64,000 nt of DNA, from NCBI GenBank assembly GCA_963663165.1, contig OY760175.1:544001-608000 (forward strand), read 5' to 3'. Shown here one piece after another: positions 18,737-29,566 of the stretch (positions within the stretch are counted from its first letter, which is position 1; the number at the start of each line of letters is the position of its first letter). A model generated the notes under the pieces. That model did not search any database. It worked only from the letters and a program-made list of their open reading frames with translations, and was not told where the DNA came from. The position numbers and the translations under genes are program-made. Source of the stretch: an uncultured Desulfospira sp. (GTDB lineage Bacteria > Desulfobacterota > Desulfobacteria > Desulfobacterales > Desulfobacteraceae).

Positions 18737-19522
18737 ATGGCCTTTATAAATACTTTAATTAATTCGATCAAAACGGTTAAAAATATTGTGACAAATAAGC
18801 ATTTCGGTGCTTCAAAAGAAAAAAAAATAAATATTGGGTATGCGATAAACGGGTTGTTGCCTTTTGGGTCTAAGGCAGAAATACAGTGTATCCTATGCGG
18901 GTATCCGCGTAGTGGAACTCATTGGATAAGAAGCGTGATTGAAAAAAGTTCTGACTATAAAACATATGACTTATTCGAAAATAAACCAAACATAAATGAA
19001 AAAAAAATACTTGCAATAAAAATACATGCCCGAAATAAATTGATAGCTCGGGCAAAGGCATTATTGAGGTTGCCGCCCCACAAATTTTCAGGTCAATATA
19101 TCTATACCTATCGGGATCCTAGAGATACGCTTATTTCTCTTTTTGAAATGTATAAAAAAGCAAAGGATGTACCTAATCTTGATGCGGAGGAATTTATCAG
19201 GTTTTATGATCCGATAAGGCAGTATCGTTGGGAGATTCACTCTTGGGTTTTTCCAAAACATGATAATGTGCTTTTAGTACGATTTGAAGATTTGAAATTA
19301 AACTCCATTGCCGAGTTTGAACGAATATTTAGTTTTTTAAAAATTGATGCCCCTGTAAACGAAGAGGCTATAGGAATTAAAGTGGGTCTTATGGATGGGA
19401 CAAATCGACCTCGTGCTACAGTTTTCGGATGGAAAAATGCCCCCGAAGAATACAAAAGCCTTATTAACCATACTAATTTTGCATTAAAACAAGAGATTAA
19501 AATGCTCGGATATGAATTTTGA
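18737..19522 (+). CDS. Sulfotransferase-domain protein
   Basis: GYPRSGTHW (5'-PSB), YRDPRDTLIS (3'-PB), RFEDL. Confidence 0.85.
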   Translation: MAFINTLINSIKTVKNIVTNKHFGASKEKKINIGYAINGLLPFGSKAEIQCILCGYPRSGTHWIRSVIEKSSDYKTYDLFENKPNINEKKILAIKIHARNKLIARAKALLRLPPHKFSGQYIYTYRDPRDTLISLFEMYKKAKDVPNLDAEEFIRFYDPIRQYRWEIHSWVFPKHDNVLLVRFEDLKLNSIAEFERIFSFLKIDAPVNEEAIGIKVGLMDGTNRPRATVFGWKNAPEEYKSLINHTNFALKQEIKMLGYEF

Positions 19523-19589
19523 TATCATACTCTTGTATACAGAAAACAGAATATAAAATGCTAACCTATTTTTCAATAGTAATGTTGCT

Positions 19590-20999
19590 TTGTTTAATAT
19601 GATCGTTAGATCCAACTTTATCAAATCCCTATTAAGTGTTGGTGGGGGCCACCTTTCCCTAACAGCTTCAAAGTTTATTACAATTGTAATCGCTACTAGG
19701 TGTGTAAGTATAAAAGAAATGGGTGTTTATTTTTTAGTCATGGCGACATCTGGCGTTATTACAGATATTGCCGGATGCGGAACCAACGTGGCATTAGTCA
19801 AATACTTAGCCGAAGAAGAGGATGAAAAGATAAGACAATCAAACGTTTTTGTTACAACCCTTTTCTTTTTTCTCAACCTTACAACTGTGATTATTATCTG
19901 CATTATAGTAAATAACATTTGGGGATTTATAAAGTTTGAACCTTTATATGTATTGTTTTGTGGTTCTGTAGCTGTTTTTACATATTTGAATTTTCCTCTC
20001 CAAGGATTTAAAAAATTTAAAAAAATAGCAATAGCAAATTTTTTAAATGGCATAGTGAAAATCGTTTCAGCATTGATACTAATGATTTATCTAGATAAAG
20101 GCTTTATCGGTCTTCTTTGGACAATTACTATATCAAATTTAATAGGTATATTATTTCAAATATATTCGTTAGATATGAAGCTATGGGTTCAGAAAATATC
20201 TTTTTCTCATCTTACATTTCTAAGCCAATTATTAAAATTCAGTCTCCCTATATATATAAACCAGCTGTACTCAAATCTGTATGATCGGGGTTATACTTTT
20301 TTGATTGCTGCATTGTTGAATCCAACATCGGTTGCCTATTTTAATATTGCAACAAGGCTATCTGTTTTTATTGATCAACTGCGAAGGGTGTATAATTCAG
20401 TATATTTCCCGAAAATTGTTGAACTAGTAAAGTATAGAAAAAATAAAGCAGAAAAATTATTGCAGATATCGATCGAAATAATATTTATATCAATCGCCAT
20501 TGGCTCGTTTCTCTTTTTTACATTTAAAAATCAAATTATTATACTTGTTTTTTCGTCGGAGTATCAATCAGCATCAACTGCAGCATTTATTATGATTGCG
20601 AGATGTGCGTTTTCATTTTGTTCCGTTGTTATGGGATTTACTCTTGTAGGCTCTGGTTATAACATCGCACCATTAATAATAAATATCATTGTTACATCGT
20701 TATCTTTTATTGCTAGCTATTTCTGCATTCCCTATTACGGATATCAGGGAGTTGTATATATAGCATTTATCTGTTCAATTATAGGATTTATATTTAACTA
20801 TTATTATTTGCGTTATGTTGGATTAAAGTTGAGATTCAATATATTGAATTGGGGTTATATAATGTCATTTATCGCTATTGTTTTCAGCGTCACTGTACAA
20901 CACTATTTAATTGCTGCCTGTCTTTTATTGCTATTTATAGTATTCGCTGTTATTTCACTGTATAGATTTCAAAACAATTCTAAATATATGACAACCTAA
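19590..20999 (+). CDS. Wzx-type oligosaccharide flippase
   Basis: Many hydrophobic segments, QLLKFSLP, VAYFNIATRL; EPS context. Confidence 0.82.
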   Translation: MFNMIVRSNFIKSLLSVGGGHLSLTASKFITIVIATRCVSIKEMGVYFLVMATSGVITDIAGCGTNVALVKYLAEEEDEKIRQSNVFVTTLFFFLNLTTVIIICIIVNNIWGFIKFEPLYVLFCGSVAVFTYLNFPLQGFKKFKKIAIANFLNGIVKIVSALILMIYLDKGFIGLLWTITISNLIGILFQIYSLDMKLWVQKISFSHLTFLSQLLKFSLPIYINQLYSNLYDRGYTFLIAALLNPTSVAYFNIATRLSVFIDQLRRVYNSVYFPKIVELVKYRKNKAEKLLQISIEIIFISIAIGSFLFFTFKNQIIILVFSSEYQSASTAAFIMIARCAFSFCSVVMGFTLVGSGYNIAPLIINIIVTSLSFIASYFCIPYYGYQGVVYIAFICSIIGFIFNYYYLRYVGLKLRFNILNWGYIMSFIAIVFSVTVQHYLIAACLLLLFIVFAVISLYRFQNNSKYMTT

Positions 21000-21255
21000 A
21001 CCCCAAAAAAGCGTGTTTCCAGAAAAAAATCTCATGAGTAAACGGCTGGTTGATTTATTATTTTCAGCATCCGTCTTCATCCAGCGGCCACACTGCTCTA
21101 TGGGATATTAATCCGGTAATTTAACTCCAAAATAAGTAATAAGAATAAAAAAAGTCTCGAAACGCCTATCAATAAAGAGTATAATGAGATTTCTACAACG
21201 AACTATACCAAATTGAAAGGACGTTTCAAGCGAATAAGAATATCAACAAAAAATT

Positions 21256-22765
21256 CAATGTCATTAACTTAACGAAGGGACTTATAACAGCAATGGAAAC
21301 GACCGCTTCGATTATTGAAATTCCTTGGAAATTTTCTGCCCGGTCTTACCGGTTCTATAGTCCTGACAATAATGTCTTGTATAGCTGATATCAACTCAAC
21401 AACCTTTTCACCTGAGCGAACGAACAATAGCGAAAGAACGTCCTTCATTTTTGATAAAGCCTGTGCAAAATTCGGCTTATATTTATACATCCGATCCTCA
21501 GTATTTTTGTCAATGATGGTCTGAGTGGGAAAAGCTAATATTGATGTCAGATTCTTTGAGAACACTCTCGCATGGAAATCCTGGTAAACGGACAGGACTG
21601 ATTTTCCGGTGAAATTTTCTATTTCTATCCATTGTTTCATAGTCTTGTAGTCTTCTTCTACAGGCCACCTCAAATGATAAAGTTCAGAAAACTGATTATG
21701 CGTAAAGGTTTGTTTGTCAATGATGGATGTAATGAGGATTTCAGCTTCGCCTGTCTCTAACTCAATCCGAATCAATCGTAGTTTTAATGGCTTTAAATCA
21801 AGCCCCATTTCTTTGCATTGTTTTATTGAACTGGGGAATGGCGTCAAAGATATGATTTTTTCCTTCTTGCCTGAATTATAAAATTGCCGGACTATTTTCC
21901 ATCTTTTTAGCTGAATCCGGGCGCAAAAATCGGCACCTTGATTGAGAATGAGATTAAACAGCCAATATGCTGGATAGCCCCTGTCCAGAAGTATAAGGTC
22001 ACCTGGTACCATTTTTAAACAATGGAAGGCGGCCAGTTCACGTTCTCCAGTTTCTTTGGGGACAATTTGAGCGTCAACAGTTATTTTGTTGAGTGGATCG
22101 AACATCTGAGAAATGCGGGCCATGGGGCATTTTTCTCCCTGGCGTGGATTCCATGCTCCAAAATGTTTTAATATTGATTCAATCCGGGGCAGTTGAGCTG
22201 TCGACCCGTCTATAGCAAGCAGATTAAAACCCTCCCATCTCAAGGGGGCAAAATTCTGATAGAAAAAATCTATCTGCTGATCATTAAGCTCGGAGAATGC
22301 CTCGTATTTTAATTTCATCCTGGCTTTGGTCAAGGCTGGCTTGGAGATAAATCGCCTTATAACATCAAACCCGAATATGGCTTTAAAGAAATTGGTCGAG
22401 TTCATCCTGATATGAACCCTTGACCAAATTCATCAGGAAAAATATAAGTATTGAAAAGGACAGTTTTCTGTTACGGGTGAAATTTGTTGGACTTTGGCGG
22501 TGTTGATTGATAAAATTTGAAGAATTGATAATTTTTTTAAGAAAATCAATTAGTTTGGCACATATATTGGAAAGCAGATTCCGTGCCAACCGGTGTGAAA
22601 TTGTTATCAGATTTCGACATGATATGCTCCTTTTTTTTATGATAATTGGCTGTTATTATTAGAATTGAGTATATCATGTCGACCTCATTTTTTTCAATGA
22701 TTTTATCATTAATATCATTAATATCAGTGAGTTAAATGCAAAACCCTCTTAAGTTAATGACATTG
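21256..22765 (-). mobile_element. IS4-family insertion sequence
   Basis: 17-bp terminal IR CAATGTCATTAACTTAA at both ends; DDE transposase inside; no TSD seen. Confidence 0.9.
21269..22589 (-). pseudogene. IS4-family transposase split by a frameshift near 22385
   Basis: N-part FTRNRKLSF..YQDELDQFL*; C-part LAIDGS, LDRGYP, YHLRWPVEEDYK in the +1 frame. Confidence 0.82.
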
Positions 22766-23197
22766 ATCCAGACATTTATAAACATCCCCTGTTTAATTTT
22801 GAAATCCTGCAGGGCCATAAAATATCGAATCATTGGCTATAACGATCGGCTCCAAAGCATGTTCAAATATTTTGATTTTATAAAGACCGTCCGGGTTACA
22901 TGATGCCAATGCTCCCCGGATAGTTATTGCAAACGGGTTGCAATGCCGAGTCCAAACCTTGCAGTCTCAAAAAAGGAATGACAAAAACATGAAACACAAC
23001 ACAACTGGCAATACAAAAAAACTGGGGACTCGTGTTTCTAGTGGATGGCAAGTTGGCGGCGAAAATAATACCTCAAACGGCGGGTTGTTCATGAATATAT
23101 CTTTTTTGAAAACGCGCTTGTTTTGGGCCTAAACTTAAAGGTAATAATATCCAAGCGATTCACGAAATTATAAAATATTTTTTTAAAAGTTACTTTT

Positions 23198-24559
23198 ATG
23201 AATAAAACAGAAAATGCTATAAAAAGTTCTAAGTTGGACACGATTATAATTTACCTTATTGCGATTCAGATTTTTTTAAAAGCGTCTTTTTTTAATATGG
23301 CGCTTATACCAGGTATTGACTTGGTTGGATCTAGTAGTTTTGGGATACATGATCTTTTCTTTTTTTTATTACTTTTAGCAATCTTTGTAAAACTAATTTC
23401 AGGTGATAGAAACGGCTTATCAATTACCACACCAGTTGTATTTTTACTCCTTTTTTTAGTTTTCGGGGCATTTGGTATTATAAATGCCGTTATGGGTGAA
23501 ACTAGTTTTCACTTGGCAGCAAAAGAGGCTAGAGGCTTTTTCTTATATTTAATATTTTATGGGATTTTGTCACTAATACCCAATAAGTCTAATTTTCATA
23601 AAATTATTTTTTTAACTACTATAATTGCTTCCTTAACGTCAGTTATTAGCTTTTTGCAAGTTATATTGCCAACTCAATTAGAATTCCTGTCTGGTAAGAC
23701 CCTAACGTTAAGGACAATGGGGCACGACATTGAAGGTGTGACTAGAATCGGAACTAATGGAATGCCGACAATAACGTTCCTATTTTTTTATTGGTTGATC
23801 AATCTTTTTCAAAAGATTAATTTAAAAAATATCTTCTTTACTATCTTGTTGAGTATTGGCATATTCATCTCTTTTAGCCGCGGAACTTGGTTGGCTATAA
23901 TATTATCCATATTAAGCGTCTTTCCTTTTGTTGGTGGAAGTGTAAGAAAAAGCTTTATTGTTTTTTTCTCTGTCTCGTTTTTACTTGGAATTTTAGTATT
24001 ACCTGTTGCATTATATGGCTTTTTAGGTACCAAAATTCAAACCTATGTAACAAGTGGAGTTGACAGGTTTACCTCTTTAACTCCAACTAATTTAGCGAAT
24101 GATGGATCTACACAAGGAAGAATAAAGGAGTCGAAGTTGATTTTTGAGAAAGCTTTATCAAGGCCTATAATTGGTCACGGATTAGGTGCAGTTACTCAGA
24201 AAAATTTTATGTCGCTTAATGACAAAACAGGATATCATGAAAAAATTCAGAGTTGGGGCTATGTCCATAACGGCTATCTTTATATATTTTTTAAACTTGG
24301 ATTAACAGGTCTTTTTTTATTTTTGGTTTACATCTTTTCAATTTTAATCAGATCAATAAAAATGTTGAAACACATCAAAGATATAGAAATAAAACCAGCA
24401 TATTTAGGGTCATCTCTTTTCCTTCTTGCAATGATTCCTGCCTCAATAACAAATGCAAGAATAATGGAGGATAACTATATTATTATTATAGCTGTAACGA
24501 GTGGGTTGATGGAGTTATCAAGAAAACTTGATATTATGGGAGGAGACCTGAAAAAATGA
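23198..24559 (+). CDS. O-antigen ligase / Wzy polymerase family
   Basis: Polytopic membrane protein; SFSRGTW, PIIGHGLG, HNGYL..LGLTG. Confidence 0.85.
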   Translation: MNKTENAIKSSKLDTIIIYLIAIQIFLKASFFNMALIPGIDLVGSSSFGIHDLFFFLLLLAIFVKLISGDRNGLSITTPVVFLLLFLVFGAFGIINAVMGETSFHLAAKEARGFFLYLIFYGILSLIPNKSNFHKIIFLTTIIASLTSVISFLQVILPTQLEFLSGKTLTLRTMGHDIEGVTRIGTNGMPTITFLFFYWLINLFQKINLKNIFFTILLSIGIFISFSRGTWLAIILSILSVFPFVGGSVRKSFIVFFSVSFLLGILVLPVALYGFLGTKIQTYVTSGVDRFTSLTPTNLANDGSTQGRIKESKLIFEKALSRPIIGHGLGAVTQKNFMSLNDKTGYHEKIQSWGYVHNGYLYIFFKLGLTGLFLFLVYIFSILIRSIKMLKHIKDIEIKPAYLGSSLFLLAMIPASITNARIMEDNYIIIIAVTSGLMELSRKLDIMGGDLKK

Positions 24560-25359
24560 CCCTTTTCTTTTCGCATATTCCGAAATCTGCCGGGACAACT
24601 TTTAGGAATATTTTAATCAATAATTATTCAATAAGGCATATAGACTGGTATCATAAAAAGATAAAAACTAAAGCATCTCCAAAAGTTTTTCCGTTTAATT
24701 CAGGAAAAGTAATGAGGCAATTGAAAAGTATTTCAGGACATTGGTTAAGGTATGATACTGAGTTACACTTCTTTTTCCCGAAGGTGAAATACATAACTTT
24801 TGTACGAGATCCAGTAAGTCGGTTTATCTCTTTATATTTTCATATTATTAGAACTTGGGATCCTGAACTGAAATTTAACGAATGGACCTTAGGTGCTGGA
24901 AGACCGGAGTTAAATAATTTTCAAACACATTTTATTGCAGGCTCTGAAGACCTCGAAACTGCAAAAAAAATACTTAAAAACAACTTTTTTTTTGTAGGTA
25001 AAGCTGAAAGATTTGATGAATCCCTATGCCTGTTAAAAAACATGATTGATGGACCTTTTGACATTAGATATGAACCTTTACGGGTTAGCAAGCACAACAA
25101 AGAGGAGTTTTTGAACAACGAAAAAAATTTTAAGGCTTTCAATCGTCTTAGGGCAAATAATACCTTGGATCTAAAATTGAACGACTTTATTGAGGAAGAA
25201 TTGTTTCCACTTTATAAAAAAAAGTATGGGTATATACAACCTGACTTTTTGAAATTACAGCGGGATAATGTCAATTTTAAATTCAACCGATTGAAAAAAG
25301 GGCTTTTCGTGGCCGAGAAAAAAATTTTTATTAATCCTTTGCTTCATAGAAATAATTAA
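24556..25359 (+). CDS. Sulfotransferase family 2 protein
   Basis: HIPKSAGTTF, TFVRDPVSRFISLY. Confidence 0.85.
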   Translation: MTLFFSHIPKSAGTTFRNILINNYSIRHIDWYHKKIKTKASPKVFPFNSGKVMRQLKSISGHWLRYDTELHFFFPKVKYITFVRDPVSRFISLYFHIIRTWDPELKFNEWTLGAGRPELNNFQTHFIAGSEDLETAKKILKNNFFFVGKAERFDESLCLLKNMIDGPFDIRYEPLRVSKHNKEEFLNNEKNFKAFNRLRANNTLDLKLNDFIEEELFPLYKKKYGYIQPDFLKLQRDNVNFKFNRLKKGLFVAEKKIFINPLLHRNN

Positions 25360-25377
25360 AATGCAGAAGGAAATAAT

Positions 25378-27282
25378 GTGAATCGTTTCTATCCACTTAT
25401 AGGTATTTATATATTAATTTTCAATGTACTATGCAGTAACGATTTTTGTCAATGTTCAGAGCTATTTTCGTCTTCTGATATAGCGGTTATGTATGATGAA
25501 GACAATTATGAAAAATTAGCTCAATATCATGTAGATCACATTACATGGGGAGATCAACTTTCTTCCTGGGGAAAACACTTATCTTCTCGAAAAAAGTTAT
25601 TCGAAATCTACCCAAAAATCGGGCTTAAACTGTTCAGCGTCGATATCGCCCTTATTCAGGAGGGGGGTAAATACGTTGTTTGTGATGCAAAAGAAGATGG
25701 AAAATGCAATAAGCTTTATTGGAAATTAAGGAATGGAAGCGATCCCAAATTAAAAAGAGATGCAATACTGCTTAACCGGATAAAAAAAAGAGCGATTTTA
25801 GATCAATCTGGGAAAATAGTTAGCCTTCCAAGGCTAGCCCGGCGTGGCATATTGTGCCCAATGGCGTGCGTAAATGATCCTGAATATAAAAAATGGTTAT
25901 TTAGAAAAATTGATTACGTGCTTAAGAGTAAGCCGTCAGCCATTCATTTTGATGAACCAGTGATGAGTTCAAAATTAATTGAAAAAGATGTAGGCTCTTT
26001 TTCAAAATACAGTATGGAAAGTTTTTCAGATTACCTAAGGCAAAAGTCTTATAGCCCGTTGGTGAATAATAAAAACATAGACATTGATCGTTTTAATTTT
26101 CAGACATACCTGACAAATGGAACCAGAACCCCTGCTTTGGATAAATTCCTTTTTGAGGAGTTTAAGACATTTACAGTGAAGTCAACATTAAAACTTTTTC
26201 AGGAACTATGTGAATATGCAAGATCAAAAAATGGTGACCGTATTCTGATCTCCGCAAATGCCACGCCTTGGGATTGGAAAAGAATTCCATTGTATGAGGC
26301 CATTGATTTCTCCGCACCCGAGATTGTGCATAATGCCTCGGCCCTAAAAATATCTAATATCCCTTTGTTCTGTTATAAAATGGCCGAGGCAATCGGAAAA
26401 CCTATTTTTGCCACAGCACTAGGTGTGGATTGGGCAATCATTAAAAAAGAGAGACATCAACTTTTAGTTTGTAATTGGATCGCGCAGGCATATGCTCTGG
26501 GGCAATTTTTTAATTTTCCTTTAAAATCCTGGATACCAGGATCATGGTATTATCCTGAAGCAAAAATATATCCTGCCCTTGCAGAATGGATTAAACTGAA
26601 CAGTCATCTCTTTGATGATTATAAAGCAGTGTCTGAACATCATTTAATTTTGTCCAAAGATATTCTTAAATATCCGGAAATAAGAAGAAAAGCTATAAAA
26701 CTGGTAGACATGTTGATTAAAAGAGGTGTTCTTTTTAAAATTGTTTTGGTTGATGGATTGCAAAAAACAAAATTACAAATAGCCCAACTCGATAATTTTG
26801 ATTCAATTTTTACTTTTCTACCGAAATATTATTCTTCTGACACGCTGAAGGAGCTGAATAATAACCCCACTAACAAAAATATTATTAATCTTGATACTGG
26901 ACTGGTTAGTAAAGAAAATTTTTTTGATAAGTTCTGCAGCATTAGAGCCACGGGAGATACGGAAATATATTGTCTTTTAAGGCAGAAAGATACGAATAAA
27001 ATCAATAAAATGGTTATTCATCTGTTAAATAGGGAGTATCTTCCGAATAAAAGAATGATGAAATCGACCGGGGCTTTTACGATAAATATTTTAAAAAATA
27101 GGTTCCCAAAAATAGATTGTAAAAAGGCTGTGCTCCATCAGTTCCTGTTCAATGGAAAAACTGGGGTAAACTCTTTGAAAGCTGAAAAGGAATTAACGAT
27201 ATATGAGTCTGAGAAATATTATCATATAGATATACCGGGAATTAATTTTTGGGGGATTGTGGAGCTGAATATCCCGGTGTAA
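25378..27282 (+). CDS. Secreted hypothetical protein, possibly glycoside-hydrolase-like
   Basis: Hydrophobic N-terminus; AIHFDEP; 634 aa in the EPS operon. Confidence 0.6.
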   Translation: MNRFYPLIGIYILIFNVLCSNDFCQCSELFSSSDIAVMYDEDNYEKLAQYHVDHITWGDQLSSWGKHLSSRKKLFEIYPKIGLKLFSVDIALIQEGGKYVVCDAKEDGKCNKLYWKLRNGSDPKLKRDAILLNRIKKRAILDQSGKIVSLPRLARRGILCPMACVNDPEYKKWLFRKIDYVLKSKPSAIHFDEPVMSSKLIEKDVGSFSKYSMESFSDYLRQKSYSPLVNNKNIDIDRFNFQTYLTNGTRTPALDKFLFEEFKTFTVKSTLKLFQELCEYARSKNGDRILISANATPWDWKRIPLYEAIDFSAPEIVHNASALKISNIPLFCYKMAEAIGKPIFATALGVDWAIIKKERHQLLVCNWIAQAYALGQFFNFPLKSWIPGSWYYPEAKIYPALAEWIKLNSHLFDDYKAVSEHHLILSKDILKYPEIRRKAIKLVDMLIKRGVLFKIVLVDGLQKTKLQIAQLDNFDSIFTFLPKYYSSDTLKELNNNPTNKNIINLDTGLVSKENFFDKFCSIRATGDTEIYCLLRQKDTNKINKMVIHLLNREYLPNKRMMKSTGAFTINILKNRFPKIDCKKAVLHQFLFNGKTGVNSLKAEKELTIYESEKYYHIDIPGINFWGIVELNIPV

Positions 27283-27314
27283 TTATTATTTGGTTGGACG
27301 TTTAATGAGAAAAT

Positions 27315-28541
27315 ATGAAAATTTTATTAATAGCTAGAACCTGCCCTTACCCTGCCAATGATGGGGAAAAAATTCGGGTATTTAATCTTATCAAAAGTTT
27401 ATCCCACCATGATATAACTCTGGTTTGCAGGGCAATGTCAGAAGAAGATCTTAACGGTGTTGCAGAACTGGAGAGATACTGCTCCACAGTTCGTGCTTTT
27501 CATATACCTAGCCCGGTCACTTTTTGGGAGAGATTAAAATGGGTAATGCCTTTCCTGTTTTCCAAATATCCCATCAGCCTTTCTACTGTATATTTTCTTG
27601 AAATATCTCAATACTTACAAAAAATATGTAGAGAAAATAAGTTTGATATTATACAGGTAGAACATTCTTCCCTGACGATTTATCTTGATCATATAAAAAT
27701 GGAAGCTATGACGGCGTCAATTGTTATCATGCATAACATAGACTATATTCGGAATGAGCGGGTTATAAAAAATCTGCCCTTTGGGCTGAAAAAAATATTT
27801 CATCTATTCAACCAGTCAAAGTTTAAAAAATGGGAGATTCGTGCACTGCATCAGTATAACTGTATAGCAACAATGTCGGATATAGATAAGTCTATTTTGG
27901 AAAAAGACACCATGGGCTTGAATTTTCAAGTACTTCCCAACGGAGTTGATACAAAAACAATCAAATTTAAGTTTAATGATACAGATAAGGCCAACAACCA
28001 TATCGTTTTCGTCGCCTCAATGGATTCGGACGCAAATCATGACGGGGCTATTTTTTTTATAGAAAAAATTTTTGGAATAATAAAAAAGCAGGTCCCTGAG
28101 GCAAATATCAGTTTTGTAGGTCGGAATCCCAGAAAAGGACTTTTAGAAAAGCATAACGGGAGGGACATCATTGTCACTGGGATGGTTGAAAGCGTTCTTG
28201 AGTACTATGAGCAGGCTACAGTGGTCGTGGTACCCCTCAGATCGGGCGGGGGAACGAGGTTAAAAATTCTTGAAGCCGTGGCAGCAGGTGTGCCAGTGGT
28301 ATCAACCTCAGTGGGAGCTGAAGGATTGAACTTGATTGACAAAAAAGAAATTTTGATCGCAGATACTCCCCAGGATTTTGCTAATTGTGTCCTGCAGCTT
28401 TTGGGTTCCGGGCCATTGAGAAAACAAATTGCCTTGAACGGGAGGAAAAAGGTTGAGAACGAATATGACTGGTCGATTATTGCTCAAAAAAGCGATATAA
28501 TCTATCACTCTATCAACCCTGAGGCAGAGCCCAGAATATGA
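27315..28541 (+). CDS. Glycosyltransferase family 4
   Basis: PYPANDGEKIR, PNGVD, PLRSGGGTRLKILEA. Confidence 0.9.
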   Translation: MKILLIARTCPYPANDGEKIRVFNLIKSLSHHDITLVCRAMSEEDLNGVAELERYCSTVRAFHIPSPVTFWERLKWVMPFLFSKYPISLSTVYFLEISQYLQKICRENKFDIIQVEHSSLTIYLDHIKMEAMTASIVIMHNIDYIRNERVIKNLPFGLKKIFHLFNQSKFKKWEIRALHQYNCIATMSDIDKSILEKDTMGLNFQVLPNGVDTKTIKFKFNDTDKANNHIVFVASMDSDANHDGAIFFIEKIFGIIKKQVPEANISFVGRNPRKGLLEKHNGRDIIVTGMVESVLEYYEQATVVVVPLRSGGGTRLKILEAVAAGVPVVSTSVGAEGLNLIDKKEILIADTPQDFANCVLQLLGSGPLRKQIALNGRKKVENEYDWSIIAQKSDIIYHSINPEAEPRI

Positions 28542-29461
28542 AACCCTATATATCTATTATCACAACATGTTATAACTGTGAATCTTATATTGAACAAACT
28601 CTTCAATCAATTCATTGCCAGAAAAAAGGTGATTACAAGCATATTGTTGTTGATGCCGTTTCTACAGATGGTACGCAAGATATTTTAAAACAATATAAAG
28701 ACAGGCTTGACCGCCTGATAATTGAACCGGACGATGGGATGTACTATGGTATCAACAGGGGATATCAATATGTCGATACAGAGGTCATGGCTTGGTTAAA
28801 CGCAGATGATGTATATTATCCATGGACCTTTTCGGTAGTTAAGGATATTTTCAAAGCCTTTCCCCAAGTGGACTGGATTATAGGGTTGCCATCCTATATC
28901 AACGAAAAAAGTCAGTGTATAAAAGTGGCGTCCAATGCAGGGACTGTATATCCTAAGAATTATATCAAAAATGGATGGTTTCAACCTTTATACGCTGGAC
29001 ACTTACAACAAGAGAGCATGTTCTGGCGAAAAACCCTCTGGGACAAGGTGGGTGGTTTAGATTTATCGTTAAAATATGCTGCCGATTTTGATCTCTGGAC
29101 TAGATTTGCACGATACACTGATTTGTACAGTGTATCAGTTCCTTTAGCAGGATTCAGAAAGCATGGTAAAGAGCAAACATCAATTGTAAATTCTATAAAG
29201 TATTATGAAGAAACAGTCAAAACATGCAGTAAGCTAAAAAAACCCCCAAAAATCTGGTCTTTTTTAAGTTCGAAAAGCAATATTTTAAGAATTTTTTTAA
29301 GGCTTATGATTTGGAAAACTGGAAAAATAATCACCTATTCAACTAATGAAAATAGATGGGGCCTTCGTAAGATGTACCGCCCGATTTCAAGATATTCTCT
29401 TAGTGAAGTCTTGATGGAAAGAGGGCTGAGAAGTCCCAAAACTACTTTCAAAAAAAAATGA
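28538..29461 (+). CDS. Glycosyltransferase family 2
   Basis: STDGT, EPDDGMY, WLNADD, ADFDLW. Confidence 0.9.
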   Translation: MKPYISIITTCYNCESYIEQTLQSIHCQKKGDYKHIVVDAVSTDGTQDILKQYKDRLDRLIIEPDDGMYYGINRGYQYVDTEVMAWLNADDVYYPWTFSVVKDIFKAFPQVDWIIGLPSYINEKSQCIKVASNAGTVYPKNYIKNGWFQPLYAGHLQQESMFWRKTLWDKVGGLDLSLKYAADFDLWTRFARYTDLYSVSVPLAGFRKHGKEQTSIVNSIKYYEETVKTCSKLKKPPKIWSFLSSKSNILRIFLRLMIWKTGKIITYSTNENRWGLRKMYRPISRYSLSEVLMERGLRSPKTTFKKK

Positions 29462-29566
29462 AAATCATATATTCCTATCACATATCCTTATCGCAAGAAT
29501 TGAAAATCAAAATTCAAAAAATGGTAAAAGAGCATTGAAAAATTTTGATTATTGGAAGGCTATAGT

